Below, in pieces: positions 13,480 to 26,269 of a stretch of 64,000 nucleotides of DNA. The notes beneath the pieces were generated by a model. The model saw nothing but the letters and a program-made list of their open reading frames with translations, was not told where the DNA came from and made no database searches. The stretch's first letter is position 1. The number at the start of each line of letters is the position of its first letter. The position numbers and the translations under genes were made by a program. Origin of the DNA: Felis catus (lineage: Eukaryota); contig NC_058368.1 in the NCBI RefSeq assembly GCF_018350175.1, positions 64,916,001-64,980,000 on the forward strand. Reading direction: 5' to 3'.

Positions 13480-14010
13480 TGGGAAATAACAGTGTCTAAC
13501 CTGAGTTGTTTGGTTTTTTAACAACTTGAGTTTTAGGGCTAGTTTTGCTATCACTCATTTACACTTGGAAAAACTTGATTTAGCCTCCATTTGCTCACCT
13601 GTGAAGGGTTCTAAAAGGGTAGATGATAACTGTCTTTTAAATAATTACACTTAGAAGGAAAGAATTTATAGCTGTTCTTACCCAAGCGTAGCTGGCATAC
13701 CACTAACAAAAATATTATTTCCATCTTTAATGTATCTGAGTTTGATGCGTTTTCCACTATTTGACATAGATACTAAAAAGGTAACATGAGTATGGCTATT
13801 GGAATGTTTCAAACATACGGGAATAGTTCAAGCTTGCCCCTCACAAAACATGTTCACAAATAGCACATAATTTTGCAATCCAGTATGGTGGGAAGGACGG
13901 TTTTTGTTATATCCACGGTACACTTGACAACAATAAGAGGTTAAATGACTTTCCCAGGGTAATGAGCCAGACCCCAGATTCAGACAGAGGTCCCCTAACA
14001 GCAAGTTGCG
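13480..14010. mobile_element. Two MIR fragments (13480-13640 +, 13830-14010 -)
   Basis: MIR core motifs cttggaaaaacttgatttagcctccatttgctcacctgt and gaggttaaatgactttcccagggt. Confidence 0.5.
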
Positions 14011-14045
14011 TTGTTACACTTGCATTTCTAAAAGGGCAAGGCGTT

Positions 14046-14160
14046 GGGGCACCTGACTGGCTCTGTGAAAGGAGCACATGACTTGGTATTGGGGGTGTGA
14101 GGTCAAGCTAGGTGTAGAGATTACTAAAAAATAAGTAAATAAACTTAAAAAAATAAAGTA
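14046..14160 (+). mobile_element. Short old carnivore SINE (SINEC_old-like)
   Basis: ggggcacctgactggctc head, gtgtagagattactaaaaaataa end; degenerate TSD aagggcaaggcgtt / aagggcatgatgtt. Confidence 0.8.
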
Positions 14161-14275
14161 GAAGGGCATGATGTTTGGTTATTTTCAATGTAGATTCACA
14201 TATTACATACTTGTAATTTTTAAAATTTGTGTTTCTTTTCTTTAAATCCAATCTTAAAATATTCTTCCTATTTAT

Positions 14276-14456
14276 GAGATGCCTCAGTCATTTAAGCATG
14301 GGACTCTTGATTTCAGCTTAGTCATGATCATGGGTCGTGACATCAAGCCCTGCATTGGCTGACAGCCCAATGCTGACAACATGGAGCTTGGGATTCTTTT
14401 TGCCCATCCCCTGCTCACACACAACACTCTCAAATAAATAGACTTAAAAAATTTTT
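14276..14456 (+). mobile_element. Older SINEC (SINEC_Fc3/c-like)
   Basis: gactcttgatttcagcttagtcatgatc...ctctcaaataaatagacttaaaaa; degenerate TSD attcttcctattt / attctccctattt. Confidence 0.8.
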
Positions 14457-15199
14457 AATTCTCCCTATTTTATTCTGTGTACACAAAAATACACCATTTT
14501 GTAGTGTAGTATTTAAAACCTAATAAAGTTTATTTGCATGAAAGGTGACAAGTCCTTGAAAACTTTAAAGACTGAGTAGATCCTGTATGCTATTTCCATG
14601 AATAAAACTAAAATTAATCACAAACAGGAATAAATAATCACTTCTGAATTTTGCTTCATCTTCTCAAGGTCAAGCTACTCAGGCAAACAATGCAAAATAT
14701 AATGTATTAGGAAACGTGAAGTTGAGGTTCAAAAAGAATTCACTACACACTGTGGTGTTAGTACAGCACCAATAAAATGAATTAATCACTTTTCTCTAAA
14801 TATTATATTCACATACAGTTACTGAAAGGTTATTTCTTTTTGTAAAAGATACCCCATTTATAATTTGTATCACATTGTGAATGTCCCTATTCTGCCTTAG
14901 CAGTAAGCTCTCGATCTCTCATTTCTATAAACTAACACTTTTATACTTTTAAAACAGTGCTAATTTTAAATAATCACAAAGTTTTGCCTTTATAATTAAT
15001 ATCACCCCTTAATAAAAGTGATTAATAATGATCTTCTTTATATAGTACTTAACAGAAAAGAATTAGATTCATATACAATTCCAGGTCAAACATAAATTCA
15101 CCAAGGATGATCTGTGTAAATAAATCAGCTTAGCATAAAAGTTATCTCACAAAGAAAAATTTAATTATTTTTAAAAAATAGGTTATCAGGGAAATTATT

Positions 15200-16453
15200 C
15201 TTTTATTAAGGTAAAGTACATGTAATACAAAATCTGCCATTGTAACCGTTTAAAAATGTTGTTCAATGGCATTAATTCCATGTTATACCACCATTAACAG
15301 TATTTCCAAATATTTTTGTTGCCCCCAAAAGAACTCTGTAACCATTTAGCAATGATTCCTCATTCTCTACTCATTCCATCCTCTGGTAACCTCTAAAATA
15401 CTTTTGGTCTCTGCCTATTCTAAATATATCATATAAACAGAATCATACAATATTCGTCTTTTTGTATCTTATTTATTTCATTGACAGTAATGTTTTTAAA
15501 ATTCAACCATGTTATAACACATGTCAAACTTCATTCCTTCTTATAGCTGTATATACATATAGCACATTTTGCTTATCCATTAATCTGTTGATGAACACGG
15601 ATAGTTTCCACTTTGGGGCTATTCTGAATAGTACTCCAAATGAACACTAGACATACAAGTATGTCTTAGAGTCCCTATTTTTAATTCTTTGTGATATACA
15701 CCTATGAGTAGAATTTTTTATATATGATTATATGGTAATTCCATGTTTAGCTTTTGGAAGAAGCACCAAACTTTTTTTTCTTTTTTTTTTAACAGTGGTT
15801 GCACCATTTTACATGCCTAACAGCAATGCACAAAGATTCCTTTTTTTCAACATAACTGGCAACATTCATTTTTTTTCTCTTAGAAATTATTGTCATTCTA
15901 GTAGGAGCAAAGTGGTATTTCATTATACTTCTGATTTGAATTTCCCTAAAACTAATGATATTGATGTACCTATTGACCATTTGTATATAATCTATATAGA
16001 AGTATCTATTCAAGTCCTTGGTCTACTTTTAAATTGCACTGTTTGGTTTTTTTGTTGAGTTGTAGTTGAGTTTTTTAATATATTCTAGTTATTAAACCTT
16101 ATCAAATAGATGATTTGTGATATTTTCTCTCATTTCAGTTGTGTTTTCATTTTCTTGATAATGTCCTCTGATGCACAAATCTTAATTTTGATAAATGCAA
16201 TGTATCTATTAATTTGGTGTTGCCAGTGTTTTTTATGTCAAATTTAAGAATCCATTGTCAAATTCAAGATCATGAAAATTTACCCCTAACACTTTATAGT
16301 TTTAGCTCTTAGATTTAGATAATTGATTTAATTTTGCTATGGTCTGTGGTAGGGGTCCAACATCACCCTTTTGCATGGGGAAATCCAGTTTCCTCAGCAC
16401 CATCAGCACAATTGAAAGGGCTTATCACGTTTGTCAAAATTTAAATGACCATA
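15200..16453 (-). mobile_element. L1MB-like element, 3' part (host of the nested L1)
   Basis: Antisense L1MB-type 3' UTR and ORF2 C-terminus; continues at ~21449. Confidence 0.85.
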
Positions 16454-19400
16454 GAGAGAAGGGGGCCTAGATGGTGGAGCAGCATGGAAGTCCTCTGCTT
16501 CTCTCATCCCTAAAATACAGATAGATCTGCACCAAACCATTTTGCATACCTACAGCTGAGGACTAACACAATAATCTGCATAACTTGAACCATAGAAGTC
16601 AGCAGGTATGTGGCACAGAGAGGTGAACTGGGTGAGAAAGAAGCCACAGAGGGTAGGGAGCTGTTTTTGTTCGCAGAGAGAGGATGGAGGCATGGGGAAG
16701 GGTACAAGAAAAGCATTCCCCCCAAAAGCAGCTGGAGAGAAAGAGAAAGAGTGGATGCATCCACAAGGAACTAAATAAGAAAGGGAGAAAGGACTAAGCA
16801 GAGGGTTTATACCATTAGAACTCTATAAACAGGGAAGCACAGAGTCAGAAACTCCACAGCTCAATACCTGGTGGGGCTCTGGTGGGAAGGGTGAATCCCC
16901 AGGAACAGACAGCAAGGTCCAAGGGGTCCTTGGGCCATGGGGGAAGGGGGGGTTCCTCTGCTGGCAGGACATTTGGTAGAGGCCTTTCCCCTAGGCAAAG
17001 GTCCCAGCAGACCCCAGATTAGAAACATGTTTGTGGGTGCTGGAACAAGGACACTAGGGTGCATTGAAGCCTGGCACCAGATGTGTGTTTTGATTTACCA
17101 GAGTCCCTGAACCACTGCTACTGCTCCATAATTTCATGATATTTTTCTGGAGTGGGCTGGCACCCAGCCATAGTCTCTGGGGCCCTGCAGCGGCTTGGTC
17201 ATATGAGCTTTCCTGGGAGCAGGTTGGCACCTGGCTATTGCTTTGTGAGACACTCCCCCAGAGGGTCAGAGTGGGTTTAAGACTCAGGACCCTCAGAAGT
17301 GAGAGATTTGGAAACACAGCCCCATCTGAGATAAAATTTGGGAGGGAGGTACCGCTTGGCAGGCTCATGGCTCAGTTGCGGACAATGTAGAAGCAGAAAG
17401 TAGACAGAAGCTGGAGACAAAGGAGAGGCGATTGATTGCCAGTTGACAAAAGCACAGAGCTCTGATGCTAGAGACTGGGAAGCTGGGTGATGCCATTTTT
17501 ACATCTCCCACACATGCAGATACATGTGTTCTCGTGCCACACTGATACACCTCAGTAAGCTAAGCAGCACCATCTAGTGGAGAATGGAGCTGCTACACAA
17601 AGCCCCGTCCAACTGTGACAACCAAGCCCTAGAGGACCATCACACATATCTCCACCTGCTTAGTTTATGGACTATAAACTGCTTCATAGTTTGACTTCTA
17701 GGGGAAACTGGGTATAATTTCAATCATATTTCACTCTGTTCACTGGTCCATCTATTTTTTTCTTATTCTTGGATACAGAAAGAAGGGCGTTGTATTATAA
17801 TTAAGGGGTCTGCCCAAGAAGATCTAACAATTGTAAACATTTATGCCCCCAACGTGGAGCAACTAAATATATACATGAATCACAAACATAAAGAAACTCA
17901 TTGACAATGATACCATAATAATAGGGGACTTCAAACACCCCACTTACAACAATGAACAGATCATCTAAACAGAAAATCAGCAAGGAAACAACGGCGTTGA
18001 ATGACATACTGGACCAGATGGACTAACAGATATATTCAGAACATTTTATCCTAAAGCAATGGAATGCACATTCTTCTCGAGTACACATGAAACATTCTCC
18101 AGAATAGAACACATACTGTACAAATCAGCCCTCAACAAGTGCAAAAAGATCAAGATCATACCGTGTATATTTTCAGGCCACAACACCATGAAGTTTGAAA
18201 TCAACCACAAGAAAAAAATTTGGAAAGACAACAAATACTTGGAGACTAAAGAACAGGCTACTACGTAATAAATGAGTTAACCAAGAAGTTAAAGAGGAAA
18301 TTTAAAAAAAACATGGAAGCCAATGAAAATGATAAAACAACAGCCCAAAACCTCTGGGATGTAACAAAGGTGGTCAGAGGAGGAAAGTATATACCAATCC
18401 AGGCCAGCTTCCTTAGGAAGCTAAAGAAGGAAGAAAGGTCTCAGATACACACCTTTACACCTTACACTTTACACCTTAAAGAGCTGAAAAAAGAAGAGCA
18501 AATAAAACCCAGAACCAGCAGAAGCAGGAAATAATAAAGATTGGAGAGAAAATCAATACTATCAAAATTAAAACAAAACAATAGATAGAAACAAAGAATA
18601 GATCAATGAAACCAGGAGCTGGTTCTATGAAAGAGGAGAGATCACAACCAACACTGCAGAAATACAAATAAGAGAATATTATGAGTAATTATATGCTAAT
18701 AAATTGGGCAATCTGGAAGAAATGGACAAATTTCTAGAAACATATAAACTACCAAAACAGAAAGTAAAATTTGAATAGACCCATAACCAGTAAAGAAATT
18801 GAATTAGCAATCAAAAATCTCCCAAAAAACAAGAGTCCAGGGCCAGATGACTTTCCAGGGGAATTCTACCAAGAAGAGTTAACACCTGTTCTTTTGAAGC
18901 TGTTCAAAAAGATAGAAATGGAAGGGAAAATTCTATGAGGCCAGCATTACCTTGATTCCAAAACCAGACAAAGACCCCACTAAAAAGGAGAACTATAGAC
19001 CAATTTCCCTGATGAACACAGATCCAAAAATTCTCAGCAAGACACTAGCCAACCAGATGCAGCAATACATTAAAAGAATTATTCACCACAACCAAGTGGA
19101 ATTTATACCTGCGATGCATGGCTGGGTCAATATCTGCAGATCAATCAATGTGACACATCACATCAATAAAAGAAAGGACAAGACCACATGATCCTCTTCA
19201 ATAGATGTAGAGAAAGCATTTGATAAAATAAAGCATACTTTCTTGATAAAAACCCTCAAGAAAGTAGTTATAGAAGGATAATACCTCAAGATCATAAAAG
19301 CCATATACAAGAGACCCACCGCTAATATCATCCTCAATGGGGAAAAACTGACAGCTTTCCCCCTAAGGTCAGGAACAAGACAGGGATGTCCACTCTTGCC

Positions 19401-21448
19401 ACTGTTATTCAACATAGTATTGGAGGTCCTAGCCTCTGCAATCAGACAACACGAAGGTATAAAAGGCATCCTAATCAGCAAGGAAGCAGTCAAACTTTCA
19501 GTCTGCAGAAGACATGATACTCTATATGGAAAACCCAAATGATTCCACCAAAAAACTGTTATAACTGATCCATGAATTCAACAGAGTCACAGGATATAAA
19601 ATCAATGTAGATAAATCTTTGCATTTCCATACACCAATAATGAAGCAGCAGAAGGAGAAATTAAGGAATCAATCCCATTTACAATTGCATCAAAAGACAT
19701 AAAATACCTAGAAATAAACCTAAGCAAAGAGGTGAAAATTTATACACTGAAAACTATAGAAAGTTTATGAAAGAAATTGAAGAAGACCCACACAAAAAAA
19801 TGGAAATATATTTCATTCTCATGGATTGGAAGAAAAAATATTGTTAAAATGTCAATACTACCCAAAGCAATCCACATATTTAATGCAATCCCTATTAAAA
19901 TAACACCAGCATTCTTCACAGAACTAGAATAAACAATCCTAAAATTTGTATGGAACCAGAAAAGACCCCAAATAGCCAAAGCAATCTTGAAAAAGAAAAC
20001 CAAAGCAGGAGGCATCACATTTCCAGACTTCAAGAGATATTACAAAGCTGTAATCATCAAGACAGTATGGGACTGGCACAAAAACAGACACTCAGATCAA
20101 TGGAACAGAATAGAGAACCCAGAAATAAACCCACAAATGTATGGCCAATCAATCCTTGACAAAGAAGGAAAGAATATACAATGGAATAAAGACACTCCCT
20201 TCAGCAAATGGTATGGGAAAAACTGGACAGCGACATGCAGAAGATTGAACTTGAACCACTTTCTTACACCATACACAAAAATAAACTCAAAATGGATGAA
20301 AGACCTTAATGTGAGACTGGAAGCTATCAAAATCCTCGAGGAGAAAGCAGGCAAAAAACCTCTTTGACCTTGGCCATGGCAACATCCTACTCAACACATC
20401 TCCAGATCCAAAGGAAACAAAACAAAAATGAACTATTGGGATCAATGTATCAAATATATCATCAAGATAAAAAGCTTCTACACAGCAAAGGAAACAATTG
20501 GCAAAACTAAAAGACAACCAATGAAATGGGAGAAGATATTTGCAAATGAGGTATCAGATAAAGGGTTGGTATCCAAAATCTATAAAGAACCTGTCAAACT
20601 CAACACCCAAAAAACAAATACTCCAGCGAAGAAAAGGGCAAAAGACATGAATAGACACTTCTCCAAAGAAGACATCCAGATGGCCAACCAACACATGAAA
20701 AAATGCCCAACATACCCATCATCAGGGAAATACAAATAAAAACCACACTGACATACCACCTCACACCTGTCAGAATGGCTAACATTAACAACTCAGACAA
20801 CAACACATGTTGGCAAGGATGCAGACAAAGGGAACTCTTTTGCACTGCTGCTGGGAATGCAAAGTGGTGCAGCCACTCTGGAAAATAGTATGGAGGTACC
20901 TCAAAAAATTAAAAATAGAACTACCCTATGACCCAGCATTTGCACTACTAGGTATTTATCCAAAGGATACAAAGGTCTGCCGTGTTGAAGGGGCACGTAC
21001 TATAAACACAATGTATACAGCAGCACTATTGACAATAGCTGAGTAATACTTGGCAATCACAACGAATGAAATCTTGCCATTTGCAACAGCATGGATGGAA
21101 CTAGAGGGTATTATGCAGTTGGTCAGAGAAAGACAAACATCATATAAGTTCACTCATATGTGGAATTCAAGATACAAAACAGATGAACATAGGGGGAGGG
21201 AAGCAAAAATAATGTAAAAACAAGGAGAGGAACAAATATAAGAGACTCGTAAACATAGAGAACAAACTGAGGGTTGCTGGAGGGGTTGTGGGTGGGGGGA
21301 TGGCTAAATGAGCAAGTGGCATTGAAGAAGACACTTGTTGGGATGAGCACTGGGTGTTATACATAGGACATGAATCACTGGATTCTACTCCTGAAATCAG
21401 TGTTACACTATATGCTAACTAACTTGGATGTAAATTTAAAAAAGAAAA
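16454..21448 (+). mobile_element. Carnivore LINE-1 with 5' UTR, ORF1 deleted, disrupted ORF2 and 3' UTR
   Basis: 5' end gggggcctagatggtggagcagcatggaag; GC-richer UTR to ~17780; ORF2 peptides in the track ([53 protein letters not shown]); 3' end tatgctaactaacttggatgtaaatttaaaaaag; many stops and frameshifts. Confidence 0.95.
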
Positions 21449-21898
21449 TATGTGAGGGTTTCTTTCTGAACTTGCAATTATATTCCATTAGTCTATGTGT
21501 CTAACATGCTAATATCACACGGTTTTGATTACTGTAGTTTTAGTGCTTTGAAATCAGGAAATATGAGTCCTCCAGATTTCTCTTTTTCAAAATTATTTTG
21601 ATTTAAAGACCCTTCACACATGAATGTGAGGATAGGGATTGCATTAGATCACTTTCAAGAGTATTGATGTTTTAACAATATGAAGTCTTCTAGTCATGAA
21701 CAATAATTGTCTCTCCATTTTTATCGATCTTTTATTTCTTTCAGCAGTGTTTTATAGTTTCCAGTGGGCAAGTCTTTCACCTCCTTGGTTAGACTTATTC
21801 CTAAGTATTTTATTATTTTTGATGCTACTGTAAGAGGAATTGTTTTCTTAATTTCCCTTTTAGATTATTCATTGGCAATGTATAAAATACTATTGATA
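21449..21898 (-). mobile_element. L1MB-like ORF2, continuation of the 15200-16453 element
   Basis: tgaccata (16446-16453) joins tatgtgagggtttctttctg to restore antisense ORF2 text. Confidence 0.8.
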
Positions 21899-22235
21899 TG
21901 GTGTAATGCATCACATAAGTAGAATGAAGACAAAAATCTACAAGAACATCTTAATTGCTGCAAAAAAGGTACTTGACAAATTCAGTACCCTTTTATACTA
22001 AAACCAGTCAGAAAAGTAGGAATAGAAAGTACCTTCCTTAATATGAAAAAGGGGATTTATGAATAACCCACAACCAATAATATACTCAATGGTATAAGAC
22101 TTAAAGCTTTAAATCAGGAATAAGACAATGATGTTTGTTTTCACTATTGTTATTCACCATTACACTGGCAGCTCTAAGCTAGAGATAAGAAGGAAATAAA
22201 AGTCATCGTATTAAAAAAGAAGAAGCAAAATAATC
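21899..22235 (+). mobile_element. Inverted 5' segment of the old L1MB-like element (ORF2 RT region)
   Basis: Sense-strand text resembling NVIHHINR..FDKIQ..NIILNG..SGIRQ..KEEVK directly abutting the antisense piece. Confidence 0.7.
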
Positions 22236-22984
22236 TTGATTTTCCTAGTGTTAAGTAACCTTCTCAAATTTAATGAACTACAAAATGGTTTCTTTTCCAA
22301 TCTTATAAGAAAAAAAATAATGAAGACTTCTATTTTAAATACCAATCTTTTAAAATTTATATTATAGGAAAATATAGCATCTTATCCAATCCTCACCATA
22401 GAGAACTGGTTTTATTGCTCTGACTTGTTCTTTAGTAAGAGTGGTTGACAGAACCCCAAGACATCTTATCAGTGTCAGAAAAGAGACATTTATTCTATTT
22501 TTGTTGAAATAAGTTTGAAATGCGCTAAAAAAAAACACACAAAAAACTAATGACCATTTTTAGGAAAGCCACGATGATGGATCAAAAGACTTTTGTAGAC
22601 TTCCCTTTAATTTCTGATTATGGTAAAATTACAGGCACAATTAATATAAATAACGTATTTTAAATAAAAACACTTTTCTTTCTTAGAAATTCTAATATTC
22701 CCAATTCCCAGTGCTCCATAAAATTTCTTCAGGAGATAATCTTTTATTTAATAGTCCCACTGCTTCTACTGCTACCCTTTCCCCCATAATTCCAAACTAC
22801 TTTTATGTAAATACTTGGGTTAGAATTGTTTTTAGGAATTCTTCACCATGAAATCATGTAGTAATAACAGAGTGACAAGTGTATGTTTGGGGGATATGGA
22901 AGATGCAAAGATGTGTGATACTATTTTTAGCCTAAATTTTCTTCAGTATAATATAAACAACAGTATTCTTTATCACAATATAAA

Positions 22985-23285
22985 AATTATCAAAAAATGT
23001 GCAAGTCTTGTATGCTGAAACCTGCAAAACATTGCTGAAATTAAAGAAGACATAAATAAATGAAGAAATGTACCATGCTCATGGACTAGAAAATTCAATA
23101 TTGTTAAGTCACTTTTTCCCTAAATTGGTCTGTATGTTCAATGCAATCCAAATCAAAGTCTCTGCAGGGTTCTGTAGATATTAACAACAAATTTTAAAAT
23201 TAACATAGAAATACAAAAGACCTAGAAGAGGCGAAACTATTCTGAAAACAGAATGAAGTTAAAGACTTAGTAAAAAGAGACTAGA
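22985..23285 (+). mobile_element. Old L1M ORF2 fragment (left half of a split element)
   Basis: tgtatgctgaaacctgcaaaacattgctgaaattaaagaagacataaataaatg...ttcaatgcaatcc; continues at ~25960. Confidence 0.75.
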
Positions 23286-23286
23286 T

Positions 23287-25960
23287 GTGGTTCAAGAAGA
23301 AGGCACAGGAAGATCCTAAACTCACCTCCTCCCACAGACACACCAAATCTCCAGCCACATATGGAACAGTTCCCTCAAAAAAACCCTGAAACTAGCTGAG
23401 CGGCTTCCTCATAACAAAGGGGGAAAGGTCACATTGAGGTGGATAGAAGATGGCTACCAAAACCAGACAAGAACACCACAGAAATGACAATTACAAACCA
23501 ATATTCTGATGAATATGAATGCTAAAATCCTCAATAAGATATTAAGTCAAATTCAACAATACATTTAAAAGAACAGACACCATGATCAAAAGAAGTTTAT
23601 TCCAGACAGGCAAGGGTGGTGCAACATCCACAAATCAGTCAATGTAATATGCCACATAAACAAAATGAAGGATAAAAATCATATGATCATCTCAATAGAT
23701 TCAGAAAAATACATTTGACAAAATTCAGCATTCACTTATAAAACCCCTTAATATAGTGGGCATAGAGGGAATGTACCTCAACATAATCAAGGCTATTTAG
23801 GACAGACCAGAGCTAACATCATACTTTATGTTGAAAAACTGAAAGCTTGTCCTCTAAGATCAAGAACGAGACAAAGATCTCCACTCTCCTCTCTTTTATT
23901 CAACATAGTTTTAGAAGTCCTAGCCAGAGCATTTAGGGAAGAAAAATAAATAAAATTATCCAAATTGGAAAGGAAAAAAAAAACTGTCACTATTTGCTAA
24001 CAACATAATTTTATATATAAAAAAAACCCTAGAGACTGCACCAAAAACTGTTGAAATACATGAATTCAGTAAAGATGAAGATATAAAAACAATATACAAA
24101 TATCTATTGCATCTTTATAAACCAACAAACTATCAGAAAGAGGAATTAAGAAAAGACTCCCATATATAATTGCATCAAAAAGAATAAAGTATCTAGGAAT
24201 AAATATGACCAAGTAGGTGAAAGACCTGTACATTAAAAGCTGTAAGATTTTAGTGAAGGAATTGAAGACAAAAATAAATGGAAACAAAGTTTTTATTCAC
24301 AGATTGGAAGAATTACAATTGTTAAAATGTCTATATTGCCCCAAGCAAGGCACAGATTCAATGCAATTCCTATCAAAATCCCAATGACATTTTTTCACAA
24401 AAATAGAACACTAAAATTTATATGGAACCACTAATATATCCCAAATAGCCAAAACAATCTTGAGGAAGAAGAACAAAGCTGGAGGCATCACACTCCCTTG
24501 TTTCCAACTATATTACAAAGCTATAGTGATCAAAACAGTATGATATTAACATAAAAACAGACAAATAGATCAACAGAACAAATAGCCCAGAAATAAACCC
24601 ATTCATTTGTGGGCAATTAATTTATGACAAAGGAGGCAAGAACACACAATAAAGTATCATTTCTTCAATAAATGGTGTTAGAAAAACTAGACAGCCACAT
24701 ACAAAAGAATGAAATAAAATAAGCAACTTATACCATGAACAAAAATTAACTCAAAATTGATTACGATTTGAACCTAAAACCTGCAACCATAAATTTCCTA
24801 GAAGAAAGCATAGATGGTCAGCTTTTTGGCATAGGTCATGGTGACAACTTTTTGGATCTGACTAGAAAGTCAAGGCAACAGAAGCAAAAATTAAAAAATG
24901 ACACCACATCAAACTGAAAAGCTTTTGCACAGTGAAGGAAACCATCAATAAAATGAAAAGGCAATCTATGTAATGGGAGAAGATATTTGTGAGTCATGTA
25001 TTTAAAGAGTTAATATTCAAAGTATATGAAGAACTCATAAAACTCTAATAAAAAATCCAATTAGGTGCCAACAGGCACATGAAAAGCTGTTCAACATCAT
25101 TAATCATTAGGAAAATTTAAATCAAAACCACAAGGAGCTATTACCTCACACCTGTTAAAATGACTATTATCAAAAAAAAAAAAAAGAAAAAATAACAAGT
25201 GGTGGTGAGGATGTGTAGAAAGAGAAACTGTTGAACTCTTGGCAGGAATGCAAACTGGTGCAGTCACTATAAATATCAGTATGGAAGTTCCTGAAAGAAT
25301 TAAAAATATAACTATTTTTTATATATGACCCAGTAACTCCACTTCAAGGTATTTATACAGAGAAAATGAACATTAAATCAAAAGGAGATATGAGCCCGTA
25401 TGCTTATTTCAGTATTATTTACAATAGTCAAGATGTGGAAACAACCTGTGCCCGTAAATGAATAAAGACCACACATACACAATGAAATCTTGCCACTTGT
25501 GACGACATTGATGGAACTTGAGGGTATTATTCTACGTGAAGTAAGTCCAAGAAAGACAAATATCATATGGTATTCATATATAGAATTATATATGAAATTT
25601 AAAAAAAAACAATCACAAAACAGATACAGAGAACAGACTAGTGGTTGTCAAGAAAGGCAGAAGGAGGTTGGGAGGTGGGCAAAATGAATGAAGGGGTCAA
25701 AAGGTACAAACTTACAGTTATAAAATAAATGTCATGGGGATGTACTGTATAGTAATGTATGGTGACTGTAGTCAATAATGCACTGCCTATTTAAAAGTTT
25801 CTAAGAGTAACCTTAAAAGTTCTCATCACAAGAAAAAGAAATGTAACTTTGAATGGTGACAGATAGTAACTAGGCTTATTGTGATCATTTCGTAGTGTGT
25901 ACAAATATAAAATCATTGTACACTAATATGCTCTATGTTAGTTATATCTCAATTAAAAAT
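23287..25960 (+). mobile_element. L1MA9/L1_Carn7-like LINE-1: ~170 bp of 5' end fused to mid-ORF2, plus 3' UTR
   Basis: ggttcaag...aggaagatcctaaactcacctcctcccacagacacacc 5' end; ORF2 from taccaaaaccagacaag (~23455); 3' UTR ending gttatatctcaattaaaaataag. Confidence 0.9.
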
Positions 25961-26260
25961 AAGAAACACAGTAATTAAGCCTGTGTGGTATCCATACCAG
26001 GATAGACAAATAGATAAAAGACATAGAATAGAGACCACAGACCTACCTATATACTGTCAATTGATTTTTTCACAAACGTACAAATGCAATTCAGTGTAGA
26101 AACAAGTAGTATTTTCAACAAGTTGTCCTGAAAAAACTGGCTGTGCATATGAACTGGCTGTGCATATAATCCGTAGTTTACACCATGTGCAAAGCTTAAC
26201 TCAAGTTCAATCGTAGTCCTGAATATAAAACATACAACTCACAGAAGAAAATAGGACAGA
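25961..26260 (+). mobile_element. Old L1M ORF2 fragment (right half of the split element)
   Basis: cagtaattaagcctgtgtggta...gatagacaaatagat...caattgatttt...ttttcaacaagttg (TVIKTVW..DRQID..QLIF..FNK-like). Confidence 0.75.
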
Positions 26261-26269
26261 TTTTGAGTA

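Noticed and set aside
16510..17550. GC-rich ORFs suggesting a gene or promoter
   Set aside because: They lie within the L1 5' UTR.
17801..21046. Cluster of ORFs with reverse transcriptase and endonuclease similarity, as a functional gene or novel RT system
   Set aside because: They are frameshifted, stop-interrupted pieces of LINE-1 ORF2 and their antisense shadows; there is no intact ORF.
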